NCBI GenBank assembly: GCA_016618085.1
Contig: JABLTG010000151.1
Span: 1-48,616 of the forward strand
Source of the DNA: Neovahlkampfia damariscottae
Taxonomy: Eukaryota
DNA: 48,616 bases
Direction of reading: 5' to 3'
This document shows, piece by piece, positions 1-10,194 of the stretch. Every line of letters begins with the position of its first letter. Positions within the stretch are counted from its first letter, which is position 1. Both the position numbers and the translations under genes were made by a program. Under the pieces are notes generated by a model. It had not been told where the DNA came from. It ran no database searches and saw nothing but the letters and a program-made list of their open reading frames with translations.

Positions 1-151
1 CGTCTTTGTCTCCCATACCAACCATGATTGATTTTTGTTTTGGTCTTCCAACGATAGATGGAAATACAGCTCTTGGAGCATCATCTCCAGCGAAACCTGC
101 TTTACACATACCTGAACCATTGTCTACTACTAATGCTTGAACGTCACCCAT
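1..151 (-). CDS. ACT: Actin, 5' fragment truncated by the contig end
   Basis: The reverse complement from ATG 151 reads [50 protein letters not shown], the canonical actin N-terminus. Confidence 0.98.
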   Translation of the reverse strand, partial: MGDVQALVVDNGSGMCKAGFAGDDAPRAVFPSIVGRPKQKSIMVGMGDKD

Positions 152-154
152 GTT
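1..154. repeat. Left copy of a 154-bp inverted repeat (actin 5' end); partner at 48463-48616
   Basis: 1-154 is the reverse complement of 48463-48616 by eye. Identity stops 3 nt upstream of the ATG. Confidence 0.93.
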
Positions 155-218
155 GATTGTTTGTTTTTTTTTGTTTTTGGGTGAAAAGAAGAAAACACCA
201 TTTTTATTGTTCTCACAG

Positions 219-297
219 ACCAATCAGGTATCTCCGGACTTTTTTTTCCTTCAAATATCCAATCAGCGCCCACTCTTTGTTCAAATATCCAATCATC
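219..297 (-). promoter_or_regulatory. Actin promoter with three CCAAT boxes, two in an extended TTCAAATATCCAATCA repeat
   Basis: CCAAT at 220, 259 and 289. TTCAAATATCCAATCA is repeated at 30-nt spacing, and a similar element lies upstream of the second actin copy. Confidence 0.7.
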
Positions 298-450
298 TTT
301 CTTATTTCTTCAATCTGAAAATCGATATTTTTTTCATCCTTCTATTTTACGATGAACTTTGTTTCCCTCAAATTTTGACAAATTTTGAAGAAACAAGTAA
401 TTCTGGTTTTTATCGCATTTTGATTGGTCTTAGTTGAATTTGAAGAAAAG

Positions 451-1497
451 ATGAAGAAAAAAGGTGAGCTCAACAATTTATTGAAAATTGAATTCAAGTT
501 CTGTTAATGGGATCCAGTGGATCAGGAAAAACGAGCATGAGGTCCATCATATTCGCAAATTATATTGCTCGAGATACATCAAGATTAGGAGCAACAAGTA
601 TAAAAAAAAAAATTTACAAAAAAAAAAAATAGTAAATGTTGAGCATAGTCAAGTAAAATTACTTGGAAATTTGGTGTTAAATCTTTGGGATTGTGGTGGT
701 CAAGAACAATATTTAGAGTAAAAAAATCAAAATTTAAAATTAATTCCATCTTCAGTGATTATATGGGCGAAGGTCAAAGATATCACATGTTCTCTGATGT
801 AGCTGTATTAATTTATGTATTTGATATTGACAGTGAAGAAGAAAAAGTAAAAAACAAAAAGAAACTAAACACAATTTGAAAGAAAGACATGGCCTATTTT
901 CGAGAAGCCATAGAAGCTCTAACTCAAAATTCTCTTGATTCTAAAGTATATTGTTTAATACATAAAATGGATTTAATACAAGAAGATCAAAGAGAAACAC
1001 TTTATAGAAAGAAAGAACAAGAAATTAAAAAAGTGGCTTCACCAATTTCAGTCACTTGCTTTAGATCATCTATTTGGGATGAAACTTTATTTAGAGCTTG
1101 GTCAGCGATTGTATATTCTTTAATTCCAAACATAAAACTTGTTGAAGCAAATTTAGATAATTTTACAAAAATTTTAGGTGCTGATGAAGTTGTGCTTTTT
1201 GAAAAAGCTACTTTTCTTGTTATTTCTCATTCAACAAGAAAAGAACAAAATGATGTTAATAGATTTGAAAAAATTTCAAATATCATCAAACAATTCAAAT
1301 TGAGTTGTTCAAATGCAAGAACACAATTTTCAAGTATGGAAATTAAAAATTCAAAATTCATTGCTTTTATTGATGGATTTACTCAAAATACAATCATTAT
1401 GGTGATAATATCGGATTTAACAATTGAAAGTGCTACAATTCAATTGAATATTAAATTAGCAAGAAAACACTTTGAAAAATTTATAATGAAGAAATAA
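451..1497 (+). CDS. RRAGA: Rag GTPase RagA/B (Gtr1)
   Basis: Introns at 464-498, 598-632, 718-755 and 847-882. The spliced product reads [26 protein letters not shown]...WDCGGQ...HKMD...[13 protein letters not shown]...[16 protein letters not shown]. Confidence 0.96.
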
Positions 1498-1730
1498 AAT
1501 TCTTTGTTATTCTAATGATATAACTATTGTATCACTTAAAACATCTCACAGCTATTGTTTATGAATATAACCAGGACTGAAGTTGACTTTTGAGACAAAT
1601 TTGTCAAAAAAACAATTGTAATTTGTTTTTCTTTCATGAAGAGTTCAACAAAAAAAAATAAAACTCAAGACACTAAAAACAGTTTTCATTGGTTGAAGGA
1701 TTTTCTCTAACGGTAACATAACAACACTGA

Positions 1731-4700
1731 ATGAATTTCCTAAACTTTGGAAAGAAAAAAAAAACAGATGATAAAAGCGACTCTGATTATAATTTAACTT
1801 CACCTGATAGAAATTCACCTTCAGGAAAAAAAAACAAAAGAACAAATTCAACCGTTTCTGACACACTTTTAGCGTCACCAGAGACACCTGGTGGAAGAAA
1901 ATTAAGTGGTGAAGCGTTTATGTTAGAATCACCAAGATATCAAAAAAGAAAAATCTTCGGAGGAAGTTTAGCTGACGCTGAAGAAGCTGTACCACCAATT
2001 ATCGAAAAATTAATGCTGTACATTGAACTCAAATGTAAGTTTGTTTTTATTATTAAAACACCATTTTTTGTCAAGATTTAGACGAAGTTCATATTTTATT
2101 TGCAAATGGAGAAGCTATGGCTATGAAAGAACTTCAGGAATTGGTTGAAAAACAAGTACCTTTTACAAAAATAATTGACATGGAATTGGAACAAAAACCA
2201 TTCACTATTTGTGGTGTTTTGAAAAAATTTGTCAGAGATTTACCAGATACTCTTTTAACGATTGACTTGTATCCAAAATTTGTTGAAGTAGGAAGTAAGA
2301 AAAAAAAAAAAGTTAACCTTTCAAAAAAAGGAATGAATTCACCAGAGGAAAGAGTCAAGGGATTAGAATCTTTTATACCACAATTACCTCAAAAAAATAG
2401 AGAAGTCATTGCCAGATGGATGAGATTCTTTGAAAGAATTTTACAATATAAAGAAAAGAACAAATTAAACGCACAAAAACTTTCAACTACTTTGGGTATA
2501 AATCTTTCAAGACAAGATGATATTCGTGGATTTCAAGATATCCCTCCTTTGAACAAAATTGTTGAAGATATGATTAACAATAGTATTTTATTATTTCCAC
2601 CAGAACAATACAAAGAAATGTCGCATGATATAGTGAAGAAAGATTTGACAAACTTAGAATTACAAAGAGAAGGAGATTCAATTCCAAATTTAAGTGAAGA
2701 AGGAAAACATTTTCGTATCATCATGAAAGAAGGTTTGAAAGAAACAGATGATAAATTAGACACAAAAGTATTAATACCAGTTTATGTTTTAGAACCAAAT
2801 GATACATCTATTGAGTACAGAATGAAACTCTTTTATAAATGTGATGGTCAAACATGGAATAAACAAATCAAAATTAATTTATCAATGAAACTCTCTGAAT
2901 TTGAACAAAAAGTTTTAGGATGGATGAAAATTTATTTACCAAATACTCAATTAACACTCAAAGATATTATTATAAAAGCAAGAGGTTATAAAGAATTCAT
3001 ATTTGGATATGATATTCGTTTATTAGATTTTGAATTCATTAGATACTGTTGTGATGAAGAAAAGATACTTGAATTATCCGTTGAAGAAGTTAAATCACTT
3101 GGAGTTGAATCAATTGAAGATTTGAAACCATTTTCAGGTTCAAAAATAAAAGAGTATACTTATCAAATACCAACCTATAAAAATGAAGATATCATTGAAT
3201 TTAAAAAAGGTCAAGAAGTTATTAGTGCTTGGGAATTTACAAAGAAACCATTCAATTTATTAATCAAAAAAATAGTACTTCCTGAAATTCATGATTTTGG
3301 AATTGATTTCTTTTTTTATGCTGGTGTACGTATATTATATGGTAATACAATCATTGCACCTCAACAATTGACACCTTTAATGAATCATTCTGAAAAGAAA
3401 GGTATTTGGGATTGCTCAATAGTTTTTGAAGAATCTTTTATTTCTGGATTACCAGCTGAAGCTCATTTGTTATTTTTTGTGAATGGAATCTCAAAAGACA
3501 ATTTAGAGAAATTACAAAAAATGGAAGATAGTAACAGTAGAAATGATGATAAAAACAAAATTAGTGAACAAAATATTGGTTACTGTAGAGTACCTGTATT
3601 TAATCATAAAAAAGAAATGATTGCTGGTCTTCATAATCTTCATTTATGGCAAGGAGCTCCAAGTCCAAATGGTATTATTTCTTATATTCAAAACTCATCT
3701 GATCCAAATGCTTTACAATTGAATGTTGAATTTGATATGAATTCATTACCAGTAGTTTATCCAGATGGTGCTAGAGATTTAACCAATGCAATGGTTCCAT
3801 CAAAATATTTGAATCATTTATTGAATGAAGACTGTTTAGTTGAAATGAGTGAAAAGGATAAATTATTAATTTGGAATTATAGAGATTATTGTAAAAACAT
3901 TCCACATGCTCTTCCAAAACTCTTAAAGACAATTAATTGGACAGATTATGGACAAGTTTATGAAATGTATAAATATTTAGAAGAATGGAAGAAATTTGAT
4001 GATCCTCAATTAGCCCTAGAACTTTTAGATAATGAATTTCAAGATTTCAAAGTTCGTGAATATGCAACAAAATTATTGGACGATATTTCTGATGTTGATT
4101 TAGCAAATATGATGCTTCAATTGGTTGAAATTTGTAAATATGAAGCATTTCATTATTCACCATTTATTACATTTTTATTGAAAAGAGCAATTAAATGTCC
4201 TCATTTAGTTGGTGTAAAAATGTATTGGAGTTTAAAATCACAACTTGATGATTTATTAATCAAAGAAAGATTTCAATTAATTATTGAAGAATATTTAAGA
4301 TCATGTGATAAAGAACATAAAGCAGAACTTGAAAAACAATCTTATGTCATTGATGAATTACTTAAAATTGCGACAACCATTTCAAATCAACCAAAAAATG
4401 CAAAACCACAAGATTTAAATACACTACTCAGAAAATTATTACTTGAATTGAAATTACCAAAAGAATTTTCAACACCACTTGATATTAAAATGCAATGTAG
4501 TGGTATTCATATTGATGACTGTAAAGTAATGAAGAGTAAAAAGAGACCTTTAAAATTAACTCTGAAAAATGCTGATCCTCAAGGTGAAGATTATGTTATC
4601 TTCTTTAAAGCAGGTGATGATTTGAGACAAGATGAATTAACACTTCAAATGTTAAGAATTATGGATTCTCTTTGGAAGAAACAGGGATATGATTTTCATA

Positions 4701-5377
4701 TCAATGCTTATGGATGTGTTTCAACATCAAAAAATGTTGGTTTGATTCATTGTGTTTCAAATTCAATCACAATTGCTTCTTTATCATCTGGAATTACAGA
4801 AACAACAGCAAAAGAAACGATACTCAATTGGATTAAAAAAACTGGAAAAACTGAAGAATTTCTTGTGAAAGCTGTTGATAATTTCAAATTATCATGTACT
4901 GGTTATTTAGTTGCAACTCATGTTCTTGGAATTGGTGATAGACATAATGATAATATTATGATGACTGGAAATGGTGATTTGTTTCATATTGATTTTGGTC
5001 ATTTTCTTGGTCACCGTAAAAAATTTGCAGGTGTTGAAAGAGAAAATACACCATTTGTATTTACAAAAGCATATGCTCATGTATTGGGTGGACCTGGTTC
5101 AACCAAATACAATGAATTACAAGAATTGACAGGTCAAGCATTTAATATTTTAAGAAAGAACTCAAATTTATTAATCATTTTGTTTAAATTGATGATGCAT
5201 TGTGGATTACCTGAATTGACAAAAAATAAAGATATTGAATGGATCAGGGAGAAATTAGTACTAGAAATGACAGAAGAAGATGCAGCTCAACATTTTTGTG
5301 GATTATTTATTGAATCAATGAAAAATACAAGACAAATGGTGATGGATGCTGTTCATTATTGGAAACATCATACATAA
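1731..5377 (+). CDS. Class I-like PI3-kinase catalytic subunit with an N-terminal RhoGAP-like domain
   Basis: Introns at 2035-2075 (or 2081) and a probable in-frame intron at 2295-2330. RhoGAP-like motifs are IFGGSL, VPPIIEKL, GVLKKFVRDLPDTLLT and NKLNAQKLSTTLGINL. These are followed by RBD-like, C2 and helical regions and kinase motifs FKAGDDLRQD, DRHNDN and HIDFGHFLG. Confidence 0.92.
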
Positions 5378-5544
5378 AATTTATATTTATTCTTCTTTTT
5401 TTCAATAGTCACTTAGATATTTGATTACTCCGATATTGGCACCGATAAATTTTTAAGTAGTTTGTCATGTTACCAAACAAAACAAGTATAAAATCAATCA
5501 TTTGAGTTGCTTTGCAGGGGAAAATTATTTTATTTTTTCAAGTT

Positions 5545-6147
5545 CTATTCTTTGCTTGGGTAGTTTTTTTCACGAATAGCATTTATAACTTTCAAATATT
5601 CTGGATTACAAATGAATGACTTATCTTTTTCAAGAATCATTTTTTCAACTACTGAATAATGAACATATTTTGCATCATTAACTTCAACTTCTTGCAATTT
5701 CAAATCTTTCACATCAATATCTTTTTCTAACAAATAATTATCCAAAAATTCATTATTGATGAATGAACCATTATTCAAAATACTTTCTATTGTTGTTGTA
5801 AATAGGTATTGAAATTCTTTTTCTTCAACTTTTATTCCTAGTTCTTCTTCAAATTCTTTTGATGCTGTTTCTAAAGAAGTTTCACCAAAAACAATATGAC
5901 CAGCAGCAGTAGCATCCCACATTCCTGGGTATGATTTTTTTGTGAAAACTCTTTGTTGAATTAGTACTTCACCTTTTCTAAAAAAAAATTAATCTGAATT
6001 TTCAACTAACGAGTTGACATTCCAAATTTTCACAGCTTTATGATAATCACCATCTGAATGTATTTTACCTCTAGCTTTTGATGTTCCAGTTGGTTTTCCG
6101 TCTTTTGAATAAATTTCTAATTTCTCTTCTGTCTTGTCTGACATCAT
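5545..6147 (-). CDS. Nudix hydrolase (IDI-like subgroup)
   Basis: Intron at 5978-6010. Motifs HSDGDYHKAV, LIQQR...KKSYPGMWD and a Nudix box GHIVFGETSLETASKEFEEELGI. Confidence 0.9.
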
Positions 6148-6229
6148 TCTACAATCAAGCACCAATAAGAAGGTGAAAGAAAAAATAACTTGTAATTCTG
6201 AATTTCTAAATGTTAATTTTCCAAAAGAT

Positions 6230-6748
6230 TTATTCTTTTTTTTTTTTATCAAAACTTAAATGATCAGCAAGTCTAAAATAGATCACAACAGTTGCAATAA
6301 ATGGAATAACAATCCAAGGACCAGCTAAACATAAATAATAATAAATGAAATAATGAATTGGTTCAATCATATGAAATGTTTTTTGACCACCAAGAGTTGC
6401 ATCAAAATAATCCATTAAAAAGTATAAAACTGTTTTTGACCATGTCATAACTGATGAAATTAATCCAAGAAGAAGTGAATGTTTGTAACTTCCAATCATG
6501 TGAAGCAAGAAACTTAAAAGTGCTAAAGTGATTTCAGCAATGTTCATGATACATTGTCCAAAAACAAATCCACTTGTCATGTCTAAATATTTTGGATCTG
6601 CTACACCATAATGTGAAGTATAAAATGAGAAATATTTGAACAAGTCTCCTCCTTCTAATGATCTTGGTCTAAGGATAAGAAAAGCTGAATCATAAGCACA
6701 AGCAAAGATTGTAATTAAAAACCAGAGAAGAACCCACTTTGGTAACAT
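6230..6748 (-). CDS. Emopamil-binding protein-like (EXPERA) membrane protein
   Basis: ATG at 6748 (MLPKWVLLWF). Motifs YDSAFLILRPRS, YGVADPKY, MTWSKTVLYF and GPWIVIP, about four TM segments and a C-terminal lysine run. Confidence 0.8.
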   Translation of the reverse strand: MLPKWVLLWFLITIFACAYDSAFLILRPRSLEGGDLFKYFSFYTSHYGVADPKYLDMTSGFVFGQCIMNIAEITLALLSFLLHMIGSYKHSLLLGLISSVMTWSKTVLYFLMDYFDATLGGQKTFHMIEPIHYFIYYYLCLAGPWIVIPFIATVVIYFRLADHLSFDKKKKE

Positions 6749-6955
6749 TCTTTTTTGTTGTTTTTGAATTGTTCCGTTGTCCAATCGGGTAAATTCAGTT
6801 TTTAGAATTTTGGTTGAACAGAAAACTTGAATTCCTCAAGAATTCATTCAAACAAATAATGAAAGTCAATTCATTTTTTGAATGGTTTTTTTCAGGTATG
6901 CATCTGAAACAAAAGAAAAAAGAATATGAAAAGTAAGTCAAAACTAAAAATTTTT

Positions 6956-7183
6956 TTAGTCTTGATAAGCTTTTAAATTCAACTCATAAACTGCTTTTGA
7001 ATTTTCAGCTTGATTATGATAATATTTTTTTTCTTCATCGGTCATGCTCTTCCAACCATTTCCAAGCATTTTGTTGATTTCAGTTAGTTTCATATCTGGG
7101 TGATTCTCTTTTATTTCATCTCTATTTTGCATACAATAGATCATATAAGCTGATGGAGGTCTTTTTGGAGCTGTTGGTTCCAT
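6956..7183 (-). CDS. Single HMG-box protein (Nhp6-like)
   Basis: APKRPPSAYMIYC...LGNGWKSMTDEEKKYY, with a CCAAT box 14 nt upstream of the ATG. Confidence 0.9.
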   Translation of the reverse strand: MEPTAPKRPPSAYMIYCMQNRDEIKENHPDMKLTEINKMLGNGWKSMTDEEKKYYHNQAENSKAVYELNLKAYQD

Positions 7184-7241
7184 TTCTTCAATTTATGATT
7201 GGCTGAGGATTTCCAGCCATTTATGAAAAAAAAAAATTTTT

Positions 7242-7580
7242 TTAATTTACATTTTCTTCAATTTTTTTGAAAGAAGCAGAAACATTTTTCAATTGAAATA
7301 AATCCTCCATAATCACAACTGATTTTTCAGAATCAACTAGTGAAATATAATTCTTCAAATCTTCAATGAGAACATCAAAACAAGAGGAAGGTTGATCATC
7401 AGTAGTTCTTTTTTTTGTTGATTTTTTTGTTACATGTCTACTAACAGTGTTGAGTAATACCTCTGCATCATACTTCAAAGAAGAAATAGCATGGTTGTCC
7501 TTTTGAAAAGATTGAATTGAATTTAAAGCAAAATTTATCTTTTCTACAATTTTACTTTCTGTTTCTTGTAGTTCTGTCAT
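7242..7580 (-). CDS. Hypothetical protein, 112 aa
   Basis: ATG-initiated ORF with typical composition and an ATTGG box at 7623. No family recognised. Confidence 0.55.
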   Translation of the reverse strand: MTELQETESKIVEKINFALNSIQSFQKDNHAISSLKYDAEVLLNTVSRHVTKKSTKKRTTDDQPSSCFDVLIEDLKNYISLVDSEKSVVIMEDLFQLKNVSASFKKIEENVN

Positions 7581-7651
7581 TCTGTTAAATTTTGACAGTT
7601 GACGTTTTCTGTTTGTGATTTTATTGGATGAAAATTGTTTATTATTTTTTT

Positions 7652-8276
7652 TTATTGTTTATCAAACATTGCGAATTTATTTTTAAAAGCTTCTCTTTTT
7701 CTAGCTTCTTCTGCTTTTTTTTCTTCTTCTTCTCTTTTCATTCTTTCTAATTCTTCTTTTTCTTTTTGTTTACGTTTTGCTTCATCACCTTTTCCTTTTT
7801 TTAACATTTCTTCTCTTTCTTTTTCTAATTTTGCAAGTCTCATTTTTTCTTCATAAAAGTTTTTAATACTTTTTACGGAATAATCTTCAACAGCTGCAAC
7901 AAAAGTTGAAATGACTTCTGGAATATCACCACCATATCCACCACCTTCTTCTTTTGATCTTACATCAATTCCTTTTCCTAAAAGTTGAAAAACGACAAAA
8001 TCTCTGAATGTAATACCCATTTTTGGGTCTGTAGCCATAGCTTCCATTAAATTCATAACTTCTTGATGTGTCATAGCTCTACCAAGTTTTTCTTGAGCCA
8101 TTTTTAATTCTTGAGTGTCGATATGATTATCACCTGAACAAAAGAAAAAATTAATTTCTTTTAATTTTACCATTGACATCAAATTCATTAAATTTTGTTT
8201 GATAAACTTTAAGTTCTTCTCTTGTTAATTTTCCGTCAAATTCAGCAAATACTTTAGCAAAAAGTTGGTCCGACAT
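7652..8276 (-). CDS. EF-hand protein, EFHD/swiprosin (AIF1-like) family
   Basis: Intron at 8134-8170. EF-hand FDVNGDNHIDTQELK, EKLGRAMTHQEV, VKSIKNFYEEK and a C-terminal coiled coil ending REAFKNKFAMF. Confidence 0.8.
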
Positions 8277-8367
8277 GTTTTTTTTTAATGTAGTTTAATT
8301 GGTCGATGTTTTTTCATCCAATCGTTTTATCTGATAACTTCAACGGAAAAACGTGCTGTCATTTTTC

Positions 8368-9306
8368 ATGATGAATGAATTTAATTTACCACATGAACTG
8401 TATGGTGAAATATTCAGTTTTTGCGACATGAAAACTTTTTTAACTGGCAAAAGAGTTTCAAAGAAATTTTCCTTGATGCTAAATGAACAACAAGAAAATA
8501 AATCGAAAAAATTTATTTCACAATTACCAAGAAATTTAAAAATTGAATCTCTTTTAAAAGAGAAAATTCAAAAATTTAAGTTTTTTCCAATAGAATCTTT
8601 GCGAGTTCATGAACATAAATTATTTATTGATAAACAAATAGTAAGTGGTACTCATGGGTCACCTGAAATTATGGTTCATCTTCATTTTACGTTTTTTCAT
8701 AATGAAAGGTATCATGAAATGAAGATTTTTGAGCATTATGCAAATGAAAGACATTACAATGGAAATGATTTCATTTTCATTTCCTATGGAACTCCTGGAT
8801 TTAATTACACAAAAAGAAATTTAACAGCAGATTTTTACAGTTTTTTGGATAAAAATAAAATATTTGGCAATTTTAAAAAAGTTCAAAAATGGTCAGGATT
8901 CGAAGAAATTGGTGCAGATATTTTCAAAATTTTTATAGATGAAATAATTTCAATTTCTGAAGTTGAAAACAAAAATATTCAGGATGTTGATGAATTATTA
9001 AAGTCAGAATTTTGTCAGGCAATTTGTTCGGAGACACATGGAATCAAATTTCATTATGCAAAAATGTTAGAAAAGAAAATTGGATATTCAAAAAATTCAT
9101 TTTTATGGTTAAACAATTGGTCACAAGAAATGGTTTCTTTTGATGATATTCCTCAAAAAGATTCGAAATTTCCAGATTACGGAAGAAATTTTAGAACCAA
9201 TCAACTTGTTGATAAACATTTAAACTTCAAAGCAGTTTTCAATTTGTTTGAAGGTATGGATCGGAATATCCATTCTCAGAATTACTACAAAAAACGGAAA
9301 ATTTGA
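8368..9306 (+). CDS. F-box protein with an unrecognised C-terminus
   Basis: N-terminal LPHELYGEIFSFCDMKTFLTGKRVSKKF matches the F-box pattern. Confidence 0.75.
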   Translation: MMNEFNLPHELYGEIFSFCDMKTFLTGKRVSKKFSLMLNEQQENKSKKFISQLPRNLKIESLLKEKIQKFKFFPIESLRVHEHKLFIDKQIVSGTHGSPEIMVHLHFTFFHNERYHEMKIFEHYANERHYNGNDFIFISYGTPGFNYTKRNLTADFYSFLDKNKIFGNFKKVQKWSGFEEIGADIFKIFIDEIISISEVENKNIQDVDELLKSEFCQAICSETHGIKFHYAKMLEKKIGYSKNSFLWLNNWSQEMVSFDDIPQKDSKFPDYGRNFRTNQLVDKHLNFKAVFNLFEGMDRNIHSQNYYKKRKI

Positions 9307-9374
9307 AAAACAACAAAATAAAATAAACAATTTTTCATTGGTCAAACTATTCTTCAAAAATCTACAACAGGAGG

Positions 9375-9978
9375 ATGGGTACTCATATTATTGAATTCTA
9401 ACTTTGATTTTCAATGAAGGTTTTTTATCATTTGTCCCATTTCTTTTCATGTATGGAGGTAAAAACCAAGAAAACAAAAAAAAAAAATAAACAGCTGCAA
9501 CTAGTGGTATAATATTGTCTTGGTTGTTATTTTCATCAGAACCTTATAATATTGATTTAATTTCAAATAAAATATTACTAGGGATAACTTCAAATCAAAC
9601 TATAACTCAATGGATCCACACTTTGAGCCCACAACACGGAGAGTAAGAATTGAAAAATAAATTAAAAAAATGTAAAACAGTGCTATTCAAACCTTTTTCG
9701 AGTTACATTATAAATTAAGTTCGTTATCCATTATGCTTGCTAGTTTTTTTCTTTTGTTCATTTTATTTTTTCAAAGTAAAAACAAAGCATTGGTTTTTTT
9801 TGTAAATTCATTTGTCGTCATTTGGTTATGTTTATTTGGTTATGTATTTCAAGGATTCAAAGAAAAATCAGTACATCTCAGAATTTATTTAACATTATTA
9901 ATTGGAAATATCGTTGGTTTTATTTTTTACACTATTTTTTTGATTAAAGGAAGAAAAAAGAAAGAAAAAAAAAATTGA
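9375..9978 (+). CDS. Small multi-pass membrane protein of unknown function
   Basis: Three GT-AG introns (9379-9419, about 9459-9494 and about 9643-9680) join ATG 9375 in frame to ORF 9733-9978. It has hydrophobic segments, a basic C-terminus and an ATTGG box at 9337. Confidence 0.7.
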
Positions 9979-10194
9979 AAAAAAGAGTAGAAAATTTCAA
10001 TTACTCCAAAAGGTCCGTTGAAATGAAAAAAAAAAAAAAAATAAAAAGTTCTTTTTTTTGTGATGATAGAATAGAAGAATCTATTTTTTTTGAATAATAA
10101 AATAACCTGTCAAAAATGAAAAAAAAAAAACAGTTAAGGATTTGATGAGGTTTGATTGGTCTATTCCTAAAAATCTGATTGACTGAAGTACTGA

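Noticed and set aside
150..437. 95-aa ORF and many other F/L-rich short ORFs in the track
   Set aside because: They are promoter sequence or antisense shadows of K/E-rich genes, for example 7635, 10283, 37471 and 43390.
1515..1579. Box C/D snoRNA-like ATGATA...CTGA (also GTGATGA at 10060 and CTGA near 10175-10194)
   Set aside because: The boxes are imperfect or poorly spaced, there is no terminal stem, and I could not assign an rRNA guide next to a D box.
6859..7076. Plus-strand spliced mini-ORF with an intron-like 6933-6959
   Set aside because: It is mostly antisense to the HMG-box gene, has no recognisable product and could arise by chance.
7184..7250. Splicing of the 7242-7580 ORF onto the HMG-box ORF
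   Set aside because: The GT at 7250 with the available AGs gives a stop or the wrong frame, and the HMG gene has its own CCAAT box.
9950..9990. Possible non-canonical GA-AG intron (also at 27830-27868)
   Set aside because: Neither is required. The first gene ends at a normal stop at 9978, and the second site has a canonical 27-nt GT-AG alternative.
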